DNA from: Macrostomum hystrix
Lineage: Eukaryota > Animalia > Platyhelminthes
DNA: 64,000 bases
Reading direction: 5' to 3'
Assembly (NCBI GenBank): GCA_950097015.1
Contig: CATNEN010000029.1
Span: 2,170,001-2,234,000, forward strand
Of the stretch, positions 44,504-55,804 are shown piece by piece (position 1 is the first letter of the stretch; every line of letters starts with the position of its first letter). A program made the translations under genes and the position numbers. A model generated the notes under the pieces. It was not told the origin of the DNA. It ran no database searches and worked only from the letters and a program-made list of their open reading frames with translations.

Positions 44504-45069
44504 ACTTATCAATATTAGCTACATATGGTAGGCCCTATGATACATGTAACATTATAATGCCACTAAGTCATACATCATTACTAAAGGTCGTTTTCAGGAC
44601 CCATTTTTGTGATGCTAAAACGAGGCAATTAACTAAGTGACTAGGCCTAGTGCATAGCCCTTAGTAAATTCATAAATTTAGCAAAAATTAGCTATGCTTA
44701 ATGTACTTATGTACTTATTACTTATGTAAACTTTGCCATGTCTAAACTATTTAATTAATAATTTAGACAATTATAGTTTAATTAATTATATTACACTATA
44801 AAGTATAATTTCTGCTTGAACTTTTTAAATTGAGGCTTTATATAAAAAGAAAAATATTTTTTGGCTTACTATTTTACCTGAACTTGTTCTACCCTTGTAG
44901 AAATAGGCCCTGTATTGAATAGAAATTAGGAAGTACAGGCCTACACTGATTATCTGCTACATAGATGCATACTTATCAATATTAGCTACATATGGTAGGC
45001 CCTATGATACATGTAACATTATAATGCCACTAAGTCATACATCATTACTAAAGGTCGTTTTCAGGACCC
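44504..45069. repeat. 99-bp direct repeat pair (44504-44602 and 44971-45069)
   Basis: ACTTATCAATATTAGCTACATATGG...TTTTCAGGACCC occurs twice, apparently identical. Confidence 0.9.
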
Positions 45070-46650
45070 TTTTTGGCAAACTGGGTATATAAGTAAGTTA
45101 GGACCTATGCCTAGAAAACAGTTTAGAAGTCACAAAAGTTATAGCTAGTCACAAGCCTAGGCCTTTGATCTAGTATATTTAATATATTATGTGATCGTAT
45201 GATTAACGCCAAAAGCGATAATTATTTTAAATTACAATGCCAGTGTGAGCTTGTATTAAAGTATACCTTTTAAACGAATAGCTTATATTTTTAGTCCTTC
45301 TACTGTCGATCATTAATGCAATGTAAATTGGTTGGCACATCCTTCAGAAACAGAATTTCTAAATGTAATCTTATTCTTAGCGAACAATACGTAATGCTCC
45401 TTCCTAATATAGAAGAAAAATTACCTATTTTGACAGTTCGCAGAAAAGAATTTAATTTTTAATAGGAATTACTTAATATATGTTTAATTTGTAAACATTA
45501 ATGAAAATTTCTAGCTGAGTATTGTTTCGTTTGCTACTATGGGCGCAAGCACATAAACTAAAAACCTATATTGTGTTATAATGAATGAAATATTATAAGT
45601 TTAAGTTGTAGACGAAATCAGAGCTTAAAATATACCCGAAGTCGGAGTGCAGCGACTTCATTACGATTTAGGATTTGATCGTATTTTTCGGAAACCATTC
45701 AAGCGATTGCATGCAGTGAAAATTGGCTTTTGAAAATTAATATCTATGATGCAGCATTTAGAATAACTTCCATTTACTGCAAGAGGCACTGCACAATCCA
45801 AAAGTATGCAGTATGATCACAATTCTGACACTAACCAAATCCTTTGTTACCTCTCCTTTTCGACCTTAATTTCTTGATATTTTTCTATCGTATGCCTTTC
45901 TGAGGATGTATAAACTCCTTCCTACTTTCGAGAGCTCTCCATTAGCCTATCATTTTTATTTGGACCAGCTAGACACTATGCATTTGTCCTACCATCACCA
46001 TCGCACAGCAGCCCGGCACAGCTACTAAGCTGCAGTGTGCAATACTTCTTGGCATTCACGCCTTGATTCTTGCTGTAGGTACGAGTTAGGTACTGGTTGT
46101 TGCCTTCTGCACTGAACCTTGTGCGCTTTTTTAGTTTCACTGAATGTACATGCTTCTGCATGCTGCAGACTTCCGAGGAAGGAGTTGGGGATTGAACAGA
46201 ATTAGGAAGTGAATACCACTGCAGGGTATGCAGGGAACCTGACAGACATTTTCAATGCGGTGCTCGCTGTTTGGAGAGGCCGCTAGAAAGGAAACGGGTG
46301 CAGAAAATCTGACGGAAAATCAGGGGATCCCCGCAGAAGAGAGGGCTCCCTTCTATACCGACATTTTCGCCCATCTGTTCCTTCACGGAGCCTCTACAAT
46401 TCACCTCTCGCACACACGTTCCGCATATCAACGTGCAAGTACTTGCATCGGCGAACATTCTCCTAGCGAAAGACCAGCCATCTTCAACATTCGCAAAACT
46501 AGCTTGCGGTTGGACCCACCCCAAACATAAACGTACTAAATGAAGCGCCCAAGGCACACGGTAGAAACGAATGGACAAAAGAAGCGATTTGTGTGAAATA
46601 ATTTAGTCTATACAAGCTATTCGAGGGAGGCCTAGAACGGAAAGTTGGTT

Positions 46651-47559
46651 ATGTCCTCGTCTCCATCACCAAGCAGTCCCACTGTAGGCAGACAGCAGCA
46701 GCAAACACAGCAAGCATCATCGGCAACTACCGTACGGCCGAGAAAGCGCATTGGCATTGGTGGCAGCAGCACAGGCAACGTCATCAATCTATCCAGCCCG
46801 ATGTCCTCCGGAGGAAGCGGTCTAGACTTCCGTCATGAGAGTCTACTGTTTAGCGACGTCACCTTGCTGGCTGGACCCGAGCGGCAGCGACTTCGGGCTC
46901 ACAGGATCCTCCTGTCGCTGTGGTCGCCGGTGTTTCGCGCCATGCTAACTAACCAGTGTCAGGAGCAGCAGTCCCAGACAATCAACCTGCCAGAGGACGC
47001 CCCGGAGACTGTTGAGCTCATGCTGCGTGCGATTTATACACCGGGTGGCTGCGAAATCGACTACGCTGGTGCGCTGAGCCTCCTGCCGCTGGTACACCGA
47101 CTGCAGATTGAGCCTTTGGTGCGCGACTGCGAGGAGCGACTTTTGCGCAGCTTGAAGGACGAGACAGTGTTCGCCGCGTTGGAACTGGCTGACAGGTTCG
47201 ATCTAGGCGCGTTGAAGCGATACGCAACCGATTTTTGTTGCGCCCTGCCAGTTGAACTGCTGGAAGCCAGAGCCGAGGAGCTCTGTCTGTCATCCGAAAC
47301 TCTGGCACTGATTCTAAAGAAGAAGATTCGCCACCTTCAAGGCATGGTTGAGGAGATTTACCTGTCAACTAAGCGCTCTGTTACTAGGGTGGAGGGCAAG
47401 ATTCAAAAGGTTCCGTTGAACCATTGCGCTGAGCACGAAACACCCAGACTGGCCTCGGCTGACGACATCTGCGGACATTGCGCGGCTTGCACCATCGGTT
47501 ACCTGCAGGAGTTGTGCTCTAAGGCTCTGAACAAAGACTTAGCCCACTCTTCGGCTTAA
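46651..47559 (+). CDS. Intronless BTB/POZ(-BACK-like) protein, ~302 aa, with Cys/His-rich C-terminus
   Basis: FSDVTLLAG..RLRAHRILLSLWSPVFRAML..INLPED..VELMLRAIYT is a canonical BTB; first ATG at 46651. Confidence 0.9.
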   Translation: MSSSPSPSSPTVGRQQQQTQQASSATTVRPRKRIGIGGSSTGNVINLSSPMSSGGSGLDFRHESLLFSDVTLLAGPERQRLRAHRILLSLWSPVFRAMLTNQCQEQQSQTINLPEDAPETVELMLRAIYTPGGCEIDYAGALSLLPLVHRLQIEPLVRDCEERLLRSLKDETVFAALELADRFDLGALKRYATDFCCALPVELLEARAEELCLSSETLALILKKKIRHLQGMVEEIYLSTKRSVTRVEGKIQKVPLNHCAEHETPRLASADDICGHCAACTIGYLQELCSKALNKDLAHSSA

Positions 47560-48441
47560 GTTGAAGGAAGGAATTTAGAAAAAGCGATCACGTTATGCAC
47601 CAAAATATCGATTCACCTTATGACTTGTCGGAAAGCATTAGTGAAGTTAGGAAAGTCTTCTACTTATCCTTTTTAGCTGTGCTCATTACGGGTACTCTTT
47701 GTTGCAACCCTATAACGCCAACAGGCAACCACAGACCTAAATATTCTTTAGTAAATTGATGCACAAATGTTACGAAATCGGTTAATACCAATCATCACAT
47801 TGATAAAGGTCGATATATAGCATTCAATTTTGCCTGTCGGAATCTGTGTACTCGTAATGTCAGTATGTGTTTATTTTCCCGTTTTGTACTTTTCCAGAAA
47901 ATTTCATTGATTTTGTCCAATGAGTATTGGAAATTGATTTACGATTTAGGAGTAAAGATGAAATTTCAAGAAATCAAGCTGTTTCCTTGCATAGTTACGA
48001 ACGTAGCTTTGCTGTCTCGGCTTCCCAACCATTTAACACGTTTGGCCAAATATATTGGCCTCGCGTTACTTCGATTCTTTCATTTTGTTTTCTCTCCTGC
48101 AATCCACTTGTAAGTATACAATCATTATAGTTATCGAAGAGTTAAGTAGATGTGCATTGAATGTGTTTAGTTCTATCCATTTTTCTTTTCCGTAAGTCTT
48201 ATTATCATTGGTTAATAATGGTTGAAAATTAAAAATAAACAACTTCATCTCGAAGCCTGGATAAATTGCATCGCCTAATATCAATGTGCAAATAAAAAAT
48301 AGTTTTCTGGTCTCTGTTGTTGTATTTATAAAAGCTGCCGGCCGTCTTTTTTACTCGAAAAGCGGTTGCACTTTAAGCAGCAATATATAAAAAACAGGGC
48401 AAATGGTCGGCATTTGAGCAGAAACTAATAATGCATATCCT

Positions 48442-50661
48442 TTAGCAGCGACTTTCACAGTCCACATCATCGTCTATGAATGGCATCGCTGGAAGCCAAC
48501 GTCTTAAAGGTGGTGGCGATGATGTCGCTGGCGGTGTCGGCGGCGACGGAGTCGGAGGTGGCGGAGGAGGCGGTTGCCAATGAGCTAGCATGAGCTGATT
48601 GTTGGCTAGGTCAGTCAGATCTGTTAGCAGAGTTTCCCGTCTATCACCGATGTCAGTTCGGCCGCCAAAGTCGCCCAGTGTCGTGACGACGTCCTCAACT
48701 CGGGAGCCGCAAACGATGCAGTCGTTGCTTTCGGCGTCATCAATATCGGCGGGCTCGTCCGGCTCCGCTATAGCTGGACGGAGCATCGCAGCTCGCTGCG
48801 ACCTATGTGGTCCAACAACTCCCCCACCGCCTCCTCCTTGAGCCAGCACAGTTGCTCTCAAACAGAGCCGATTTAGAGCTCGTCGTAACTCGGCCTGGAT
48901 GTTGCAGTTCAGCAGGCCGTAGAGCAGCGGATTGAGGCAGGCGGACAGCGGTACCAGCAGCAGGGGAAACCATCTGCTCACAGCTTCAGTTGTGGCGCTA
49001 AAATTTGGCGTCGCTTCAAAGTGGCGCAGATTTGGCGCCGATTCGTTCTCGTGCCGTGCAGCTAGAAGGTCCTGAAAGTCATGACTAATATTGCTTAACG
49101 TCAATGGCAGCCAAGCGATGGCAAACACCAAGATGATGAGCGCCAGGACTAGGTTAGCCCGACGGCTGCGGCGCCATTCCTGGTCAGCTCGACGGCGCTG
49201 ATAAGCGGTTAAACGCGGCGACGCTCGGCGCCGACGGACGCGTCCGTTTAGCCGGTGGCAGACCATGGCGTAGGCTACTGTAACCGTGCACAGCGGCGCC
49301 AGGTACTGGGCTAAGAGGGCCAGGCCACTGTAGCTCAGCTTCCACAGCTTTGTTCGCCAGTCTATGGCTGCCAATTCAACGCAGAGCGGCCGCAGCTCCA
49401 GTGGCGAACGAAACTCGACGACCTCTGCGAACCAGGCCAGCGGGCTGGCCAGAAGCGTCGAGAACAACCAGACGGAGGCGATGGTGCGGGTGGCGGCGCC
49501 ACGATCGCTTTGAGGGCCTCGAGCAGCAGACGAAGAGGAAGCCGAAGATGACTGGCCCAGAGCTCGACGCGAGGGGCGCGGTCCGCGGAGGTACTGAAGT
49601 GGTCGTAGAAATAGCGGATGTGTTTAGACGTGTGTGGAGGAGAAACAATCTTAGAGTGCGTCATCGTGTATTTTAAATGCGTATTCAAGTGGAGAATTTG
49701 ACGACGAAGAAAGATAGCGCGGAAAATCTTCTTCAATTTTTTTCATTTACGCAGCAATAGATGGTGCCACCAGTGTGTGTGCGTTGGTGTGTGCAAGGCC
49801 CTACGATGCATAGTACTAGTAGAAATGCATTAAAATTCTCAGCGAATATGTGTCACGTCAGAGTGCCGACTCTTGATCGTGTAATTAACAAGAAACTACA
49901 GAATAATCACACCGCGAGGTGAGTGACGACGTAGTAATACGTCCGACCCTCGCTCTAAAGTCCCGAAGTCCATGTCAGACGCTTAAGATAGAAAATACCA
50001 CTGTATTGAACGTCTATTGAAGAGTACAACTTTATAGGACCAACATGCAAGACAGAGCGAGTGCGTAAATTAACTGCCAGAACATGCGTATGAATGCGAA
50101 TGTTTACCTGGCTACCGGTCAACTGCCACCAAATACTGCACCAGTAATAAGATCCCCAACATTCTAAAATGACTCAAATAACCTTACCAGCAGGCGATCG
50201 CATGCGATTGCCACAATGGCATAGGTGGACACAAACGCGTTGAGTCCAGTGAGCGCGTTGACCATCTTGCAGGCCGGTTGGCCGAACGCCCAACCGCTGT
50301 AGCGCTGAAACAGCTTCACCAAGTTCAGCGGCTGGGTGAGGCCGCACAGCGTCAGGTCGGAGAGCGCCAGATTTGCAATGTACAAATTCCTGGTCGTGCG
50401 AAGGCGCCTATTAGCCAGCACAATGTACGCCACCAGGCCGTTGCCGCAGGCACCAAGCAGCATCACAACAGCGTAGGCCAAGGCCAGCGCTCGCAAAGTT
50501 GGCAGAGCGCGACGCTCCTCAGCCGCAATGTTTGCCAGCTGACGCCTGACGGCGACTGCCGACTCAGTGAAATTTCGGCACTCCAGCATGCGGAGCAGAG
50601 CGTCAAGATCCAGCGGATTCAGCTGAACGGACGGGTCAAGCAGTTGTGAACAGTTCGACAT
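48442..50661 (-). CDS. Class A neuropeptide GPCR, NPY/NPF receptor-like
   Basis: Exons 50661-50188 and ~49593-48442 (phase 0; alternative in-frame acceptor 49551). TM1 GACGNGLV, TM2 RNLYIANLALSD, TM3 C..DRL, TM6 FAIAWLP, TM7 CLNPLLYG. Confidence 0.9.
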
Positions 50662-51159
50662 TTCACTGCTTATAGCCAAGCGAAAATTGCTAAATATGTT
50701 TTCAGACTGAGTTCGGCAGTTTCTGTCTGTTCTCTTGGATTCGATTATTATAAATAAAGAAAATTTTCGATATAATCAGCACTGATTGGCTACCCTGAAA
50801 CTCTAAGTATAAAAACTGAGAAGGAAAATCGGATGTTGGAGAAGAATTTGCCGAACCCGCATTCCCATAAATGTGAATAATTGGAGGGGAAAATGTCACA
50901 AAAAATGGAAAGAAAGCGAGCCAATTTCAATAAGAGACGCCAAAATTTGCAAGTCCCCCATTGAGTGGCACGCTCCAATCCAGGCCTCTCTTTTGTGCTG
51001 CTGGATGCGCAAAAAAGCTAATAATTTTCCCAAAATATGAATGCCTCTCCATCTGAATGTTTCAGGCAAAGCAAGTTATGTGTGCATGGGCCTGTGCGAT
51101 TGTGAAGAATGCAAAAAACATTCATTTTAGCTTTGTTGGCACTTCAGTTCCATCTGTCC

Positions 51160-51417
51160 ATGTCTAACAGTCGATGTCTAACAGTCCCAATGTCTAACAG
51201 CTCGAATGTCTAACAGCCCCAATGTCTAACAGCTCCACTGTCTAACAGTTCCACTGTCTAACAGCCTCAATGTCTAACAGTTCCACTGTCTAACAGTTCC
51301 AATGTCTAACAGCTCCACTGTCTAACAGTTCCACTGTCTAACAGCCCCAATGTCTAACAGCTCCACTGTCTAACAGTTCCACTGTCTAACAGTTCCAATG
51401 TCTAACAGCGCTCTAAC
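51160..51417. repeat. 16-bp minisatellite (TGTCTAACAGTTCCAC)n
   Basis: Tandem copies. Confidence 0.93.
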
Positions 51418-52512
51418 AAGTCATTCTTATCCGTAGTCCTGATGCTATTGTTATTGCCCTTGTGTTATTATTTTTCAGTTATTTTGGTGGAGATAACTCT
51501 CCGCTTGAAAATGTTTTTACCCCTGCTAGAAAACTCAATTCGGAGACAACTGTGTAATTTTGAAGTCGAAATTTTGCTCGTGTAGGCTTCTTCAAGCCTA
51601 CTTCAAGTAGGCTTTGATGACAAAAGTAAAAATGCTTCATATAACTTTTAGCCATCCTTGACATGAAGTCCAGTTCTGGTACAGTCACCAAATCTGCTAT
51701 TCCCCTGTGCGCTACGTATACTTTTAAATATTCAGACTAATTTAAACAACTCTACACATGTGTTTGGAAGCATTTTTGCGAAAATGCATTCCTCTATTCT
51801 ATTATTACAAAGTAGAACCTTGCACTGACCTTGACCCTGTATTCTGATTGGCTTATTTCCATACGTACACATGAGTATTATTGCACGAGATTTATTCGAC
51901 GCACTGTCGGACTGTTTTTTTGTTATAATAAACATGTTTTTAAACTGAGCCATTCTTGCTCAACCTCAATATGGGATGAAGCTCACCCACAGGACCCTCG
52001 CCTAGTCTATCAACCAATCAGTCACCAACCCGACGGCGTCGGCACCGTCTCACCGTAGCTCCGTCTAGATAAAGGTCGGTCACATTTTTTAAATGACATT
52101 TTTTGTATAGGGGTGGATGAAATACACTAGTGCAGCGTTTGGGAATCGATGATCTGGCGACTTGATTATTGTTTCAGAAGATACGCAACAAAAATTTGGC
52201 CCGCGTTCTTGAGTTTCGTTTGCTTGCGTTGCTCCGTTCTGATGCAGCACAAACATTTGCAGGGTGGAATTCCCCTTTGTAGTTTTATTGTAGTAGTTTC
52301 AGTTCGGTGATTTTAAGCGCATGTCTTTAGTAGTATCTTGCATATCTTGCATATAAAAAAATTCGAAAAATAAATGGACTTATAAAAACTTTATATAACA
52401 TATAATACTCGTAAATGTATCTTTATGTATCTTTAGTTTCTGATACAAATGGCGGAAAACATGGTGCAACGTGTTCATTTGTATTGAGACTATTGTAGAG
52501 TCTCAATACAAA

Positions 52513-52808
52513 GGTTGTAGCCTAGTGGTTAGAGCGTCGGACTCACTACTTAAAGGTCGGGGGTTCGATTCCCGACTCCACTGGAATAATTTGTGTCCTT
52601 TAGCAAGACACTTAACTCTGCATTGCTTTAGTTCACCCAGCTGTTAAATGGGTACCAGCATCAGCTGGGATAATTGAAGGTGGCGTCCCCCCAGTCCATG
52701 GACTGAACAGCCGTACGCAGCCTTCAGATGCGCCGCGCAATAGCTGCGGCTGTGCTGTCGGCTGCACATCTGACCCAATTGGGACAGGTGTAGTCAATTA
52801 TTATTAGT
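52513..52808 (+). mobile_element. Full-length SINE family B (tRNA head, CORE-like domain, 3' tail)
   Basis: A-box TAGCCTAGTGG, B-box GGTTCGATTCC, TGTGTCCTTTAGCAAGACACTTAAC resembling the CORE block GTGACCTTGGGCAAGTCACTTAAC, (ATT)n end. Confidence 0.9.
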
Positions 52809-53044
52809 TAATTATAGAGTCTCAGCAATAGCTCACTTTATTCATACGACCTTGTGTTTTTCCTGCAATTTTTTCCTGCAAAACTGCTACCATGCATAGT
52901 GTTTTGCATGCGCATTTTGAATGTGAAGCTCTGCTATCAAGCTGCCACTGGTGCTTCTGCGCTAAGGCAATTCAAGTTCTAAGCGTGAGAACCATAGCAT
53001 GGCACTGAAAAAAAACTCATGTTAAATAACTTATATTGTTACGC

Positions 53045-53266
53045 TATTGCGCGGCGCATTTGAAGGCTGCGTCAGGCTGTTCAGTCCATGGACTGGGGGG
53101 GACGCCATACCCTTCCCTCAATTACCCCAGCCGTACTGGTAATGCTGGCACCCATTTAAAAGCTGGGTGAACTGAACTGAAGCAATGCAGAGTTAAGTGT
53201 CTTGCTAAAGGACACAAATTGTTCCAGTGGAGTCGGGAATCGAACCCTCGACCTTCAAGTTTTGAG
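53045..53266 (-). mobile_element. SINE family B copy, inverted relative to 52513-52808
   Basis: Reverse complement is highly similar to the preceding copy. Confidence 0.9.
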
Positions 53267-53545
53267 TAACAAGGATAAAAATAAGCAAAATTAAATTAAA
53301 AGCAGAGCGCAGGAAACTAAGTTAGGTAATAAATGTTTGAGGAGTTTGACGAGGTCTTGCAGCTCTTAATTTCTCTCAAGCTCGTTTGAGTCGGAAGGTT
53401 GGCAGGGTTCTGCGGAACTCAGGATCTGTGATTTGCGCAGGGTACCTTTCTGGTGAGTAAAATACTTAAAAGCGATAGTAGCTCGTAAAACAGATGGTGT
53501 CTCATTTTGAGCAGGATAGCTTTGTAGAAATTATAAATCGAATAA

Positions 53546-53849
53546 CCCAGGACCCATTGGGATCAGGACCCAGGACCCATTGGGATCAGGACCCAGGACC
53601 CATTGGGATCAGGACCCAGGACCCATTGGGATCAGGACCCAGGACCCATTGGGATCAGGACCCAGGACCCATTGGGATCAGGACCCAGGACCCATTGGGA
53701 TCAGGACCCAGGACCCATTGGGATCAGGACCCAGGACCCATTGGGATCAGGACCCAGGACCCATTGGGATCAGGACCCAGGACCCATTGGGATCAGGACC
53801 CAGGACCCATTGGGATCAGGACCCAGGACCCACTGGGATCAGGACCCAG
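53546..53849. repeat. 23-bp minisatellite (CCAGGACCCATTGGGATCAGGAC)n
   Basis: Near-perfect tandem copies. Confidence 0.97.
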
Positions 53850-54675
53850 ACGCTTAGAGATGCTTAGCAAGAGTACGTCCATAAGGCACTGCAATCGCCA
53901 TCACACCATTGTGGAAAGGACTGAATTAGGTGAAGGAAGAGACTGGGAGTTTTTCCCTCTGTCACTTCCCAGCAGTCCTAAACCACTGTTGGCAGTGGTT
54001 CGATTCGCGACATTCAAACTGGCAGTACCTGATGAAATACTCAAGCCAGCCTCACTTGGTAAATGATGATGCCAGGTAAAGACAGTGAAAAAAGGTGAGT
54101 CCTCTACTGAGTCCTCTACCTGGCATACCTGCAGGCGCGCGTCCGGCCGCTGATCCTTGCCCGCCTTCCAGCCCCGGCGGCTCGCACTGCTGGCCTCCTC
54201 TCGAGCGACTCAGCGCTCGCCTTAAGTAGCCGCAACGAAGGGCCGCCGCTGACCTCCCTCCGCCAGGTTTCCAACCAGGAAGATGTTGCATGAAGAGAGG
54301 AGAAAAAAGATAGAGGGGCGCTGAGAACAGTAGCGGCGTGTAATTACAGAAGCCACCGGTGCACACAAAAGACTGCCACCCGTGAGCTAGGATCCCCAAT
54401 GATGATCCGCCCTGTGCCTCCTACCCATTCTCCCAAGCTCCGTAATGAGGAGAAAGGCGGTCGGGATTGCGATCCCCATCGGCTTGGGAGAAGGAATGAG
54501 GCTGAGAAGGGGAAATATAGACGGGATTGCATTCTCCCCATTCCTTGGCTATGGGCACTGCTTTAAATGAGGAACGAACGATCTCCCCGTCGCATGCATT
54601 CATAATCCCACTCCCATTTTTCTTGCGAGAGACGCCATTAGCTCCGGCAGGTTAAATTCGAATTCCCATGCTTCG

Positions 54676-54698
54676 GTGTGTGTGTGTGTGTGTGTGTG
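54676..54698. repeat. (GT)n microsatellite
   Basis: Direct reading. Confidence 0.9.
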
Positions 54699-55804
54699 TC
54701 CTCACCTGTCCTCGTCATTAAATGAAAGCCGCGAGAAGTTGCAATTCGAAGCTCCTTTGGAGGCTCATTGCCAGTCGGATGGGTGGTCGCCACCCTCCCC
54801 CCACGCACCGCAATCGGTCTGATTACCGAACAGGTTGGGAAATTGGAGATCTGTGCGGGAAATGAGAATTGGGAGACTGCAGCGACCGCTACCCAAAATC
54901 GCCTTCACTTGCTTGTTGTTACTCTCGACTGGGGATAATCACTAGCATGGAATCCCATCAAGTGGTTAGCAATGTTTTATAGCTGCGCAAATTAATGAAG
55001 GGGAATTTGTTCGCGCTCAGAATTCGCCTCAGCCTTCAATGCAAGCAGATTGAGTGGGCGGACAGAGGGGAGCCACTGGGAGACCTTGACTGACGGATTG
55101 GCCACCAGTGACAGGGTGATGGAAAAAATCCCAAGCAATAGGGAAGGAAAAATTAGCGGAATTGGGGATTTTTCTGCCGCGCCCTAATGATCGCCCATTA
55201 ATCTGCCCATTGTGACAGACTGTGCGGTTTATTACTGATAGCCTGGCAATTCTTTTTCTGCTACGAGAAGTTATTAGTTTTCTTCTCTTGCTACACGCTA
55301 AGCGTACAAGAACCCGGCCAATTGTACACCCATCTGGCCAGACAGCCGCTTGAGCCGCTTGCCGGGTGCTGCGGAGGCTGAGGCAGATGCGGCAGGGTTT
55401 GGGGGAGTCGGTAGTGCATGCGGAAAATTCTCAAGGTCGCCATGGCCGCACAGCGCAATACGTGACACAATTCTCTTCTGCTGCTCATCATTTGCGACAC
55501 TGCTTTAGTGTATGCTTTTTTAGTTGCTCCACTTGTGAACAACTGGGGCGCCTTAAAAAATATTCAACTGACTGAGGTAAGCAAATATATATCACCTGTA
55601 TTTTTTGCCTCAGCGAGCTTAGCAAGGAATGTTACCGTGCTTGTATAAACAATTTATAGGGCGCTAATTATATCAATATTGAAAATGCGAGTGTGACCTA
55701 CATTCTGGAAAGTGCAGATGAAATTTTAACAGCGTGCATTTACACTTCATAAGTAAATCTTGATTGACTAACCAGTTTCGCAGTCTGGACACCGCTAGGC
55801 CACA

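Noticed and set aside
46252-46578. THAP-like start (IRFYRVP) on the minus strand
   Set aside because: No N-terminal CxxC or C-x2-H motif; resemblance too weak
52513-52585. tRNA gene (also at 58341, 59657, 21467)
   Set aside because: A and B boxes are present but the acceptor stem does not pair, and the sequence continues into a shared SINE body
53330-55580. Exon-like pieces with donor sites (53452, 54059, 54095, 55578)
   Set aside because: No consistent reading frame or recognisable product; may be non-coding 5' exons but cannot be supported from sequence alone
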